A stretch of DNA of 64,000 nt from Neocallimastix sp. 'constans' (Eukaryota): the NCBI GenBank assembly GCA_050613775.1, contig JBODTK010000125.1:186001-250000 (forward strand). Reading direction: 5' to 3'. Shown piece after piece: positions 44,924-58,049 of the stretch. The notes under the pieces are model-generated. The model did not search any database, was not told where the DNA came from, and saw nothing but the letters and a program-made list of their open reading frames with translations. The stretch's first letter is position 1; each line of letters begins with the position of its first letter. Position numbers and translations under genes: made by a program.

Positions 44924-47900
44924 ATGGATAATACTTCTTCAAAGTCAGAAACTATGCCTGTTTTGCGGCGTGCCCTTCGAAGATATGATATTCAGAATAA
45001 AGATTTCATTCTTATCTTTATTCATGATCTTCAATCATGGTCTGTTAGTAAACTTTGGGAATTTCTTAGTAAACATATTTCCAATTGCAATGAAATAGTT
45101 CATGGAATTACAAAAAAACACACACCTAATATGGAAAATTACTTCATTTTAAGGATAAACTGTAATAAACCCACTTATTATCTAAATATTTTATTTCTTC
45201 TTACTAGATGTCTTCCTATATATAAAATTAATTGGATCAAAACCAACGAAATTCGAACTTTTAGTTATGTTAAAAAATTCAGCAATAAATTTTCTTCTTT
45301 TGAAACAAAATCAATGGTAAAAGATTTTCTTTATAGTAGCATTTACTCACCGTCTACTCAGTTCTTCAATCTTTGTGTCAGTTGGAACATTAATGGATGG
45401 AATGATGAAAAACGTGATGGTATTAGATACTTAAATGAAATTTTTCGACCTATCTGTATTTGCTTGCAAGAGGTCGGTAATAGCCAACACCTTAATGTAC
45501 ATTCAAATAATTACCCATTTCTTTGTCACTATAATACAATTTTTACGAAAAAACTAATCCAAATATACCCGGTATGAGAGGTCTTAGTATAAGTGTACAT
45601 CGTTCTTGTTCATTTTCTCCTGATCCTTTTGAATATAAGTATATCATTTCTGTCAACATTACATCTTTTTGGGGAATTAAATACACTATTGGTAATATTT
45701 ATGTTCCTACGGTCACTCATAAGGAAGAAAGAAAGAATGCCTTTTTCAGAAATTACTAATTGGATAAAGAAACATACTAATACACCTTCTATTCTTGTAG
45801 GTGACTTTAATATGTCTAAATCCCAATTTGAAAGTTTACATAATAAATCATCTCATCATTGATTTCACATGGGCACGGGATGGTAGATCGTCTTGTATTG
45901 ATCAATGTTTTATTTAATTGTAAAATGAAGGAATACATTAATAAGGTATCTGTTTGTAGTACATTCAATGATATATCTGACCACTTCCCCCTTATCCTTT
46001 CCTGTAAGAAAGACGACTCAGAAGGTTTTCGTGCTCCTACTCCTTCTAGAAGATTCAAGTAGTCCCAACACATGTGTAATGAAAAGCATAATGAAATTTT
46101 CTCAAGTAACTACTTCTCTATTCTTCTTAATGAATTTAATGATAATAAAGAATTTAAGTTCTAATGAAATGGTCAATAAATTTATAGAAACAGCTAATAA
46201 AGTTGGTGATAAAGCTCATGCTAGAGTTCCTTGTGATCTTAAAGGCTCAGCTTTCCACTGCCCTTATTATATCAAGAAACTTTATCATAAAAAGCATGTT
46301 GCATTTAATGAAATTAAAAATTTTTCTTTAGGTTCTAATCTTGAAAAGCTTGATGAATTTTTAAATTTGCTACGTGAATATAAAAATATATGTGGTAAAG
46401 TCAGGTCAATTTTAGTTTTCTATTAAATTAAAACAATTTCATCAGTCAATGGAATCTGTATGTAATGATTTTCGTAATAAAAATGCTAGGAGTGCTTGGT
46501 TAAAATTAAAGAAGCTATCTCACCCTATGTACTCTAATTCTATTTCGTCAAGCATTTTAAAGGACATGAAGGATAATTTTTTTTATTTTCTCATTCGGAT
46601 CAATTAAATCGATTTGCTGAATTAGCTTCTGATGCTACTCAACATAGTTTGGATAATGAATACTGGGTAAGTTTATTTGGAACTAATCCTAATAATAATC
46701 CTACTTGGGATATTAATGATCCTATTACTATGGAAGAAATTCAAAACACTGTGCTTGATATGAATAATAATAAAGCTCCTGGACCCGATGGTATTCCGAT
46801 TGAATTTTTTAAAGCCTTCTTTTGTAAATCTGATTTATCCGATAATCAAAATGATTCTTCAGATGATCACTACTCTCTAAGTGTGCTAAATGTTTACTTT
46901 CATTATTTAACAAAATCTGGAATGGTGATTTCCCTGAAGAATGGAATTCGGCTTCTATAATATCAATTCCAAAAAAAGGAGATCTTTCAGATTGCAATAA
47001 TTATGGTGGTATTTCTCTTATTAATGTTGGCTTAAAAATTATTTTAAAGATTGTTACTAATAGAATTGCTAAATATGCCTTTGAACATAAATTTGTTAGA
47101 CCTGAACAATTTGGATTTAGAAATAAAGAAGAATGCATAAGTTTATATATTTCAATTAGAGAGATATGTCAAAGAAGAAAATTTCAAGGAAATTTTACTT
47201 ATCTTGCTTTTCTCGATCTTAAAAAAGCCTATGATTCTGTACCTATCTTTAATATTTTGACCAAATTATATAACTTAGGAATTAGAGATAAATGTCATCT
47301 GTTTTTAAAGAATCTTTATCTATCCTCTAAAGCTCGTGCTTTTTTTAATGGTAATCTTTCAGAAGAATTTTCGATTAATCGTGGTGTTAGACAAGGATGC
47401 CCTCTATCTCCTATTTTATTCAATTTGTTCATTAATGATATACTGGATAATTGTGATAAGTATGGTGTATATTTAGATTCTCAATATTGTTGTGGTGGAC
47501 TTTTTGCGGATGATACTGTTTTAGTTGCTCCATCTAAACAAGCTCTTAAGAAAATTTTGAATAAAGTTCATGAATGTGCTATTAAAAATGAAATTGACTT
47601 TTGGAATTAATACGTGTGCTACTTTTGCTGTAAAACCGATTAACTTTGTTAAACCAATAAATTATGAAGATCCATCTATTTTTATTGGTAGTAACAAATT
47701 ACCTAAACTGACAACTATATTTATCTTGGTATTCCTTGTGATGAATCTTTATCTTTGAAACCTATACAATTCAAATTAAACAGTAATTTAAATGTCAAAT
47801 TAAATTTGTACTTTCGATTTCTTATTAATAAATCTATTCCTCTCCCATTGAAGAAATATGTTTTAATTTCATTTATTCTTAGTCTTGTTATATATTATGC

Positions 47901-49147
47901 TCCTCTTTTTGGTTCAAATAAGAGCAAATGCTCTAAAGCTCAAAAAATTGTTAATAGAGGACTTTATTGGAGTTATGGATTTAAATCTCGCAATTCTTCT
48001 GTTAGTCTCTATAATATTACTCGTGAATTGAGAATACCTCCTCTTTCAGCTGTCTGTGCTATATCTCAATTACGATGTTTTAGAAAATGGAAAAATTCTT
48101 CATGTATTATTAATCATCTCACTAATAATATTCCTACTATGTCACATTACTCATGGACTAAAAAATCAAAGACTTTGGATAAGAAATTAAATGGTATGAA
48201 AACAAGTGAAATAAAAAAATTTTATTGGGAAAGAGATGTCTTCAAACCCTCAAAAGCTAAAAAAGCAATTATTTACAAGGAGAATGATTTTGGAATTATT
48301 TCAGAAATCAGAAACTTAGCATTTCAATATCCTAAGTATCATTTGGGATTCTTTTGGATTTCTCGAATTAGGTGTGGTTTTAAATTTGACATTAGTATTT
48401 CCATTAAAAGAAAAATCTTCTCAGAAGATTACCCTAAATGTTGCCCTTGTTGTGGTGTTAGTGTACCTAGCTTTTCTCACTGGATCTTTGCCTGTAAAGA
48501 ATTGGAAAATTACAGAAATAAATCTTTAACCTTTTCTAGATGATCTCTTTTTGAAGTTTGCAATGATAATTGAACAAAAATCCTTGGATGTTTCTTTAGA
48601 TTCAGAAAAGGATTATGATAATAATATTTATTATTATATATTGAGTGCTCTTCTTGGCGGGCATTCAATATATTCAAAAATTAAAGTTAATGATTGGGAG
48701 CAAAGACAATTAGTTGATAATATTTTTAAACAAAAGTTCAACTTCGTCAACTGTTTCGTATTTTGTGGAGATTGCAAAGTTTCTAACAAATGTAATACCA
48801 TTAATTTGTCGATCTTTTAGATTGATGATGAAATTGTATTCCATTGAATCTACCGTTGTCGAGAGCATCGACGTCGAAATGATAAGGCATGGATTTTCAC
48901 CTCCCGGTCGAAATGACAGATACAGATTCGTTTGATAACACTAATACTGAAATTATTACTTACAATAATGGACGTGGTGTTATTATCGAGGAATGGGGAA
49001 AAGTTAGAGGCTATTGCTTCTAACGCACTTTTATAATTTTATAATATATAATATTTTATTTCATGTATTTTATTATTTTTTTTTTTTTTACCTTTAAAAT
49101 CATGCAATTTTATTATTATTATAAATTAAATAAAGTTATTCTCTTAG

Positions 49148-49185
<38 letters not shown>
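44924..49185 (+). mobile_element. Near full-length non-LTR retrotransposon (APE endonuclease + RT + C-terminal Cys/His motif), single decayed ORF, RTE-like RT
   Basis: APE: SWNING, CLQE, VGDFN, SDHFP. RT: KAPGPDGIP, KKGDLSDCNNY-GISL, EQFGFR, FLDLKKAYDSV, GVRQGCPLSPILFNLFIND, LFADD. C-terminal CPCC...HWIFAC; poly(A) 49151-49185. Many frameshifts. The 5' end probably extends to ~44.0 kb. Confidence 0.95.
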
Positions 49186-49188
<3 letters not shown>

Positions 49189-50109
49189 AGGGTTGATGGA
49201 AAAGGAATAACCTATATCAGGTGTACTAATTACAGTTTGCTGTAATTCTGTTGATAATCGATGGTTATCCTTTCTAAAGTGGCTTCTAGTACGATGAAAG
49301 AAAATTGGAATACTGGAAGACTGTAGAAAGTGAACCTGATGATTTATATTATTTTAAATTGGATATGTAGTAACGTTGGAGTTGTATAATTAATAATATC
49401 ATATAGTTTCTACATATTATCTTTGTAATGAATCCATTGTATTTTTTATTTTAGCATTATTTTGTATATATATATATATATATATTTTTTTAATATTATT
49501 TAAACTCATGTAGCTATTGTAAAATGGAAATTTAGGAATTTGATTTCCTCTAAAGCTTGTATTCAAGACTTTATTTAAAGGATGGAAATCTTTTTATAGT
49601 CTTTCACTACTAACATTTTATTTATCTTTTCATTTTAGTTTATATATGATTATTTTTACAGAAAATTATTATATTAATCAGAGCTTGCGGTACTGATGGG
49701 ATTCCATTTGGAATTTTTCAAAGTTTGGATTCCTGGTATAGGTGATTTAGAAGAATCTAGTGAAAATGGTAGTAATATTTCATTTGGTTTTAAATGTTTG
49801 TAAAGCTTTAATCAATCGCATTTGAAATGGTGATTTCCTAAAATCATAGAATAACGCCTCAATAGTTTCTATTCATAAAAAGAACGATCCATCAGATTGT
49901 AATTATTATCGTGGCATCTCTCTTATCAATAATGGATTATAAATTGTGGCAAAAAATCATCATTAATAGAATCTCTATATATGGAATTGATAAATGATTT
50001 TTTTTAGACCTAAACAATATGGATTTTATAACCAGGAAGAATGTACAAGTCTTTACACTTCATTAAGAATTAGGTATTAGAGACGAAAATTTGAAAATAA
50101 AGATATTTA

Positions 50110-50141
<32 letters not shown>

Positions 50142-50165
50142 GGAACTTAAAAAAGCGTATATTCT
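49186..50165 (+). mobile_element. Second, internally deleted relative of the same LINE (5' block + RT fragment)
   Basis: Copy 2 of the 5' block (49186-49684) is joined directly to RT remnants DGIP..EFFK, NASIVSIHKKNDPSDCNYYRGISLINNG, RPKQYGF..EECTSLY and LKKAY. Confidence 0.85.
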
Positions 50166-50285
50166 TCCAACTTTTTTAATAGTACTTCTCATTGATTGTA
50201 AAATTCCATTTTCAATTATATTATTATTATTATTATTATTATTCATATTTTGTTAGATTTCTAATATGTATAATTCTTTCATTTT

Positions 50286-50329
<44 letters not shown>

Positions 50330-50958
50330 AAAAAAATAATAAAACAATCTGTAAATTGGATTAGTGAGGGAGCTATCTAAATTATTATTAGATGAAAATG
50401 CACTTGGTAATGATGATTGTGATTGGTAATGATTGAATGTTATTATTTGGAATACTATCTTAAATAGTACTAGAAGTTGATGGATATTCATTATTTTTTG
50501 AAATTACATATATATATATTATAATTGGATTTTTCATTTAAATTATTAGAGATTAGTGATTAAATAATTAGAAATTAAAGAGTAAACATTCATAATTTAT
50601 AGTGAGTAAATAAAGACTTTCTAATATAAAAGTATATAATTATATAAAAATTATATAGCTTTATATATAATACAATTATTGTAATTATATATATTCTCAA
50701 TATATTAAATAATTTTTTTTTATGTATTGAATTCAATTTTACAAAGTAAGAAAAAAAAAAAAATAAATAAAAATAAGGAATTAATACGAAAAAATGAAGG
50801 TTTTTAATAAGTTTACAATATCTTTATCTTGTTTTCTAATTTTTTTTATCCTATTATTTCTTTATATATGTATAATTAAATATTTAATTCGTTCATTAAA
50901 AGTTCCCTATTTATTTTTTTTATATATATATTTAATTTTGTATTAATAGAAAATAAAA

Positions 50959-50991
<33 letters not shown>

Positions 50992-51349
50992 ATTGTCAAG
51001 GAGTCAAACTTAAAAGTGATAAACACACAATAGAAATAAGTAACTTTATGTTAATAACAATTTATTCAATATTATTCTTTTATTTTAGTAATATTATCTC
51101 AGTAAAATATTTAAAACTTCTTCGTTCTTTAATTTTAAAATAAAATAAAAAAAAAAAAAAAATTATTTTATACTCTTACATATAAATTATTACATAATAA
51201 AACATTATAAAATATTTGTAAAACATTAATATACAATGTTCAATTTTAGCATAATTTTATCATTAAGTATATAATACTTGTTATATATATATATAATTTT
51301 TATTTTTTTATTTTTTTTTTTTTTTTTTAATTATTATTATTCTTTAAAA

Positions 51350-52244
51350 ATTAAATTTGTAAATTTGGTCATTTGTACTCCTGAAATACTATTAGTTAAA
51401 GGATCAATTAACATATTTTCAAGTATTAATATATTTCAACTCAATTTCATTTTTTATTTTATTAGTTTTTTCTTAAGTAAATTTGTATCTTATATCATTA
51501 TGTTTACATCTTCCTTTTAGAGTTTGTATCCAGAGCAATTCCTATGTACACTTTATTACCGACCTTTTAATTTTTATTTCTATATTAAATATTTCCTAAT
51601 AAAAAATTTTTTAAACCATATATAAATTGTTTAGCGTATTCAATGAGACTAACCATACTCAGCTTCGGTGGTAGATAGGGTAGCTGTTTTTTTGTAATTG
51701 AGTTTTCCATGATATATGAGCCATTTCATTTCCAAGGAAAAAATTTGTATCCACTAGTTGATTCTGAATTTCCAATAAATTTGCTATTTTTATTATAATG
51801 AATTGATTTATTTATATTTTGCCCATTTCAAATATTGTAATATAGTCATTAATTTTTTTTTTTTTTTTGTAATCTACTTCTGTTGGATTTTCGCACATTC
51901 TTGATGTTTCGTTTACGGAAACTATTTATATCTGGTCTTGACTTTACTACTATATAAGGTAATGTGCTTTATAAAGATATGAATTCCTGTACATTTACTT
52001 TATTAGAGTTATTTCTTTCATTTTCAGTAATTTTTCTACATGGTGTTTTAATTAGTTTTTGTTTTATTTATGCAACATTTTTTTTTTCAATTATTCTATT
52101 AATATAATCAATGTGAATTATCTTATAACCATTATTTGTTTTATCAATATTTATATCTATAATTTTAATAGCATCGGAATTTTTAGAAATTATATATTTA
52201 TTTTTTTATTTTTAATTTTAATTTTAATTTTATTTTATTTTAAT

Positions 52245-52294
<50 letters not shown>

Positions 52295-52960
52295 AATTTA
52301 TTCACAGTATATTCTATTTCATTACTTATTCCAGTTATTAAAATGTCATCAACATTCAATATATGCAAATTTATTAATTTATTTTGATTGTTTTATTTAC
52401 CAAAAAGTCATTCATCATTTTTATATCTTTTAAATCCAATTTTTAATAGATATTTTGATATCTCATGATAACTATGCTTTTCCAGCTTGTTTCAAACCAT
52501 AAAGTGTCTTCTTAAGTAATCAAAATTTATTGTTATTATAATTTTTGTCTCCATAAGGAAATTTTTGTGTAAATTTTTTCATTTAAATTGATATTTAAAT
52601 AGGTAGCTTTATTATTTGCTTTAATATCCAATCATTTTTAGATAGGAAAAACACCAATTAATCTTAAACTATCAATTCAGCTGTTGGTGAATAAACTTCA
52701 ATAAAATCTTCACCATGTATTTTTTGTTATCCAAGAGCTACTAGTCTTCTCTTCTTCATGTCATTTTCCTTTTTGGAAAAAAAAAACCCTATTTTGTTCC
52801 TTATTACATTTTCATCTTTTTCGGATGTCATCAACAACCAACCTCCACTACTTTATGATTATACATGTTTGATAATTCTTCTATTATTGTTATTTTCCAT
52901 TCTTCCTTTTTATAAGGAATTTATTGCTTGTTGATAAGTGGTTGGTAAATTTGTATTAAT
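51350..52960 (-). mobile_element. Ty1/copia retrotransposon RT-RNase H remnant
   Basis: Minus strand: RLVALG*QKIHGEDFIEVYSPT, LKKTLYGLKQAG, NVDDIL, SRPDI, TLSTTEAEY, RCKHNDIRY and ENMLIDPLT in copia order. Many stops; no LTRs recognised. Confidence 0.88.
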
Positions 52961-53234
52961 AATTAATATTTTATTTTATTTTATTATTTTTTTTATCATA
53001 TTTTAATTTTTCTTTTTTTAAATTTAAGTCTTCTTTTTTAATATTCCCTATTTTCTATTTATATTTTTAATTTATAGAAGAATACCATTATTGCAATTAT
53101 AGTTTTGACTATGATACCTTAAAGTATTTTCACAAATAACACAATGGAAATTACGATTTCTTACTTCGTTAATTAATTTATGTTGTGATTAACAAGAAAG
53201 TTTCTGACTTCTATTTGAATAATGAACTACGAAA

Positions 53235-53684
53235 CATAGAAACATAGACTTGCACATATGGGTACCCATCTCCCATATGGCCATACAGTTATTAATTAAC
53301 TGTAAGGTGATGAGTTATTGGCATACTGTATCAGCTTCGCCGCTCTCAATCGTCGTTACACACTGCCCGGAGATGCATTCCTAACGTTCCTACATATATC
53401 TCTAATGACCACGAGCATCAGAACGGAACCATTAACTCCTCCCTAGTGGGTGTAATCATTGGCGATTGGAAATTTTACAATCATCAAGGTCTATGCTTCA
53501 ATTCAAAGCGTAGTATCAGGGTTGGGTGAAATAATCATCTGAGGGAAAGCCTTATGGACATCACGTGTGGTCTCATGATATCCCAGGATAGAAACCTCAT
53601 CCGATTATTTGGTGCCATGCCGAGGATTCGAACCCCGCCCTCTACAGTGACCTGTATCGTCCTAACCGACTGGACCAACATGGC
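53235..53684 (-). mobile_element. tRNA-derived SINE, copy 1
   Basis: 5' head GCCATGTTGGTCCAGTCGGTTAGGAC...GGTTCGAATCCTCGGCATGGCACCA (A/B boxes, acceptor stem, encoded CCA). 3' hairpins and (CTATGTTT)-type tail. 15-bp TSD TAATGAACTACGAAA at 53220-53234 and 53685-53699. Near-identical to 61741-62178. Confidence 0.93.
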
Positions 53685-54194
53685 TAATGAACTACGAAAA
53701 TAGCTTAGTTTTTTTTTTTTTTACGAAGTAAAACTCCTATATTATTAAATTATAAATATATTTAAGAAATTATTTTAGCAATATTTAAATTAAATTAAAT
53801 AATTAATATAACATAAAAAATATTTTATTCATGTAAAATTAAAGGTTAATTTAGGATAGAAATATATATAACAGTTTAATAATATCAAGTTAATAGAGTA
53901 AAATAGGATATTTTTATATACACATATTCACCAGTAAACCAATTTATTCATTATAGAATAACTAGGTTTAAGGGGGAATGTTAGAATATGTGAAATGTAT
54001 GAAAAATAAACTTCAAATGTATTGAAACATATTGTAATATAAATAATGTATAAGCCACAATGTATTAATATAAAAGCATTTGATTTAGAATAATTAAGTG
54101 CTAGTAACTCTTTATCATAAAATATATTAATAAAATTGACATAATTATAAACCATAAATTCATAACTCTTAACATAACTAATATGTAATATGAT

Positions 54195-54294
54195 AATCTC
54201 AAGTAAGACCTGATTTTACTTTCCATATAGCTTCAATATTAGCAGCTAATAAAATAGAAATTTTAAATACATAAATTGAAAAATGGTATTTCAT
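54195..54294 (-). pseudogene. N-terminal fragment of a secreted protein, possibly GH114-like
   Basis: MKYHFSIYVFKISILLAANIEAIWKVKSGLT*DY: signal-like peptide plus a WKxKxGxTW motif recalled from GH114 N-termini. The rest is lost. Confidence 0.3.
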
Positions 54295-54807
54295 TTTATT
54301 TAATTTGTAATTATTATAACTTAGTTAATTATTTTATTTTGAAAATAAGCAATACATTAATCATTATTCTATTTTAGAATATTTAATATTTATATTTTTT
54401 TTCATATATATATACTCTTTAAATTTTTTTTTATATTTTTAATTTTTTTTTTTTTTTATTTTTTTTTTATTTTTTTTTTTCTTTTCTTTACTTATTTTTT
54501 AATACCATTTAAATTAAATGATGTAACGTACTAAAATTATTTTTTTTATTTTATTTTATTTTTTATTTTATTTTTATTTTATTTTTATTTTATTTTATTT
54601 TTTATTTTATTTTTATTTTATTTTATTTTTATTTTATTTTTATTTTATTTACATTTTATTTATATTTTATTTATATTTTATTTTATTTTCATTTTGGTCT
54701 TTTAATAAATAAAAAATATATATTATTAATTTTAGATATATATTATAATAAATGTAGTACATTTTCTTTTTATTAATTCCATAAATTTATTTTTTCTTTG
54801 TAAAAAT

Positions 54808-55104
54808 CTGTCAAGGGAGATAGTACAAAACTATATGGGTTAGGTTATATTATCCTCACTTCAGAGGGAAAACTACGAATTAGAGAAGTAATCGGAGAAG
54901 TAGCACTATAAAAATTCTCATCAATAATACGCATATTAGAGCACCAATGCTTAAACACTTAGTAATGTCCTCCATTAGGGACAATTCTGCCTTTACCGAA
55001 GTGTGTGACTACCTCAATATTCCCACTGTTCCTGAGGGGTGTGGGCTGAAACCAAGGACGGTACACACCGGAAAATAAAAAAAAAAAAAAAAAAAAAAAA
55101 AGAA
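54808..55104 (+). mobile_element. Short poly(A) retroposed insertion (3' end of a different LINE/SINE)
   Basis: GC-richer ~270 bp ending in hairpin GGTGTG...CACACC, then AATAAA/poly(A). TSD TTCTTTGT(A/G)AAAAT at 54794-54807 and 55105-55118. Confidence 0.8.
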
Positions 55105-55960
55105 TTCTTTGTGAAAATTTTCAATATATATAAAAATATAGATGTTTTAAAATTTTTGAGAATAAATATATATTATTAAAATAAATATATAATATATAAT
55201 ATATAACATTTTATTTTATTTTATTTTTAAATTATTATTTTATTTATTTTATATTAAAATATACTTTTTCTCCAAATATTCTGTATTGACATATTGGTCA
55301 ATTAAAAATGTTTTATCATTTTTTTTTTTTTTCAAAAAAGAGTATGAATTCTTTTATGAAAATTATGAGAAGAAAAATAATTTTTCATAATATTTATATG
55401 AATACTTTAATTTTCAATGTAAATAATAAAAATCAAAGGACTATTTTCACTTTTTAAAATAATTATATAGCAAAAATAAATAAATATATATTCGTAATTA
55501 TTTATATATTTATCTTCCTTTAGATATAATAATTATAAAATGTAAAATTTTTCTTCTTTGTAAACCATAATAAAAATACATATATACAAAAATAATGCTC
55601 AACACCAAAAGATTAACCAAATAAACAAATAAATTTAAGAAAAAAAAAGTTATATTAAAATATAATCTTTATTTAAAATAATAATTAGGGAAAAGTACAC
55701 ATTTTTAAACATATAATTTTCTTTTCCCTTACTTTTTTTTTTTTTTTTTTATAAATCTATATTCATAAAAAATTTTTTTTCACTTTCCTTCATATTTAAT
55801 AATAAAACTAATATCATGTTATTTTATACATAATTTTTAAATAAAAAATTTTTTTTAATAATGTTATTGAAATTACAATAATTGAAAATTTATTACATGA
55901 ATATAATAACTTAAAATTTTATTTTTTACATCTAATTTAATTCTCTTAAATATTTTGAAT

Positions 55961-57202
55961 TTATGCCTTGCATTGAGAATAATATTCATTAACTTTAACA
56001 CATGTACCAGTTTGACAACAAGTTGGTCCATTAAAGTTACTACCACCACATTGAGCCCAGGCACCTGCACAATTACCATTACCACCACTTGTAGCAGCGT
56101 TATTTTGTGGTGGGAATTGATTATTTTGACCTTGTGGTGGGAATTGATTGTTTTGACCTTGTGGTGGGAATTGATTATTTTGGCCTTGTGGTGGGAATTG
56201 ATTATTTTGACCTTGTGGTGGGAATTGATTATTTTGACCTTGTGGTGGGAATTGATTATTTTGACCTTGTGGTGGGAATTGATTATTTTGACCTTGTGGT
56301 GGGAATTGATTATTTTGACCTTGTGGTGGGAATTGATTATTTTGACCTTGTGGTGGGAATTGATTATTTTGACCTTGTGGTGGGAATTGATTATTTTGAC
56401 CTTGTTGTGGGAATTGGTTGTTTTGACCTTGTTGTGGTGGCATGTTTCCTTGAGCTGGAGTTTGATTTTGAGCTGGGGCACTGTTACCAACATAAATCTT
56501 TGCATATGGGAAATCTACTGTACCAGAGCAACCGCCACTAGTATTTCCGGCTTCAGCTAAAACTTTAATTTCACTAATTTTACCCATTTTCATACCTATC
56601 TTTTCCCATTGATTAAAGTGAGCAGTTACATCAATAGTACCACAAGTACGAGGAGTTGTACGAAGACTGAAGTATTGAGTAAGATTACCCTTAACGTTTT
56701 TGTAAACAGTGTATTCACCACCATCAATATTGAAGTTACCTTTCTTTTCATTACCAACCCAATCACCTGGTCTTCCTTGTGAAAGCCAATTATCAACAAT
56801 GTAGAATTCAAAAACACCAGAAATACCAGATTCTAAAGTCCAACCGTAAACACCAACATAAGAATAACCAACATTTTGAGTATTCTTCTTTTCAACTTTA
56901 AATTCTGCTTTAATTTGTCCTATTTGTGATGGATTTTTTGCAGGGGAAATATTAACACCAGTACGACATAAATAATCCTTAGAATTATTGAAGGAACAAG
57001 AGAAAGAACCATCAGAATAGAATTCGGCACTGTTGTTACCACCATCAGCCCAAATTTCGTAATCAATACTTCCGATTTTTCCTGTCTTATTACCGGTTGT
57101 TTTAACACTTTGACCAGAATGACCATTACTATTACAGAAGCTTTGAGCTAAAGTGATAGTAGATAAGGAAAATAAAAATGGTATAACTTGAAAAATTTTC
57201 AT
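55961..57202 (-). CDS. Secreted endo-1,4-beta-xylanase GH11 with Q/N/P-rich linker and C-terminal CBM1, intronless
   Basis: Signal peptide; YSYVGVYGW, EFYIVDNW and KVLAEAG (both catalytic Glu); TQYFSLR, IDVTAHFNQW; CBM1 CAGAWAQCGGSNFNGPTCC..C...NEYYSQC. Confidence 0.95.
   Translation of the reverse strand: MKIFQVIPFLFSLSTITLAQSFCNSNGHSGQSVKTTGNKTGKIGSIDYEIWADGGNNSAEFYSDGSFSCSFNNSKDYLCRTGVNISPAKNPSQIGQIKAEFKVEKKNTQNVGYSYVGVYGWTLESGISGVFEFYIVDNWLSQGRPGDWVGNEKKGNFNIDGGEYTVYKNVKGNLTQYFSLRTTPRTCGTIDVTAHFNQWEKIGMKMGKISEIKVLAEAGNTSGGCSGTVDFPYAKIYVGNSAPAQNQTPAQGNMPPQQGQNNQFPQQGQNNQFPPQGQNNQFPPQGQNNQFPPQGQNNQFPPQGQNNQFPPQGQNNQFPPQGQNNQFPPQGQNNQFPPQGQNNQFPPQGQNNQFPPQGQNNQFPPQNNAATSGGNGNCAGAWAQCGGSNFNGPTCCQTGTCVKVNEYYSQCKA
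56106..56440 (-). repeat. 27-bp coding minisatellite, 12 x (PPQGQNNQF)
   Basis: TTGTGGTGGGAATTGATTATTTTGACC repeated on the + strand with few variants. Confidence 0.97.
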
Positions 57203-58049
57203 TTTTGATAAATTAAAAATCGATTTTCTTGTTTTACTATTTTAAAATTTATTGTTTTTTATACAAAAGTATAATTTTATAAATAATTATAATATATACA
57301 ATTATAACTAATAACTATTGAAATATGAAAATAAAAAAAAAAAAAGAAAATAATGTTGTTTATTTATATATATTTTTTTTAATATTTATATATTGTATTT
57401 TATATATAAAAAATAATATAAATAGAATGTTAATAAATAATATTTTAATTAAAAGATAATTACCGTAAAATATAAGTTTAATTAATAATAATTCTATTTT
57501 ATTATAAATTATATATATTTTTAATTTTCAGTTAATCACAATACAAAAAAATAATAAATAATAAATTATTGATTAAAGTTCATATCTACTGAAATATTAT
57601 AGAAATATTTAATTAACAGTAATATTAATCATTTAGTGATTATATACATTAAATTTTAATATAATTATATATTATAAACAAATAAATTTAAAGGAATGTT
57701 GTATATTAATATTTTATGGAAATTTTATATAAAAAATATTCGTTGAATAATAAAAAATTAATAATATAAATTTTAAAATTTTATATATTTTATAATAAAA
57801 TATTAATAAATTTTAAATAGTATAAAAAATCATAATATTTCAATTAGAGTTCAATAACTTAAGATTAACAATATTAAATTATATAAATAATAATATGTAT
57901 ATATAAATTTTTTAAATAATTCATTATTTAAAAATTACCTAAAAAATAATTAATATGTCTTTTCAATAATGCAAAAAAAGACCAAAAAAAATTATATATG
58001 AAACATTAAGAAACATTGTTTTTTCCTTTTTTTATTTTTTTTTTAATAT

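Noticed and set aside
44880..44926. Splice acceptor (poly-T + AG) 11 nt before the LINE ATG
   Set aside because: T-rich tracts ending in AG are very common here, and no donor or transcript evidence is available.
44046..49684. LTR retrotransposon (direct repeats flanking an RT)
   Set aside because: The enclosed element has APE, a non-LTR RT and poly(A); the repeats lack TG...CA/PBS/PPT organisation, and there is no integrase.
53610..53684. Functional tRNA gene (also ~62104-62178)
   Set aside because: The anticodon loop is non-canonical and differs between copies, CCA is encoded, and the head is embedded in a TSD-flanked 440-bp repeat; it is a SINE head.
55025..55072. Hammerhead ribozyme (CTGAGGG...GAAAC...GTA)
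   Set aside because: The core is not CUGANGA, and stems I and II do not form in the required register.
55873..56560. Overlapping repetitive ORFs (WWELIILT, VVGIDYFD, HHKVKIINS)
   Set aside because: These are alternative frames of the stop-free 27-bp xylanase linker repeat.
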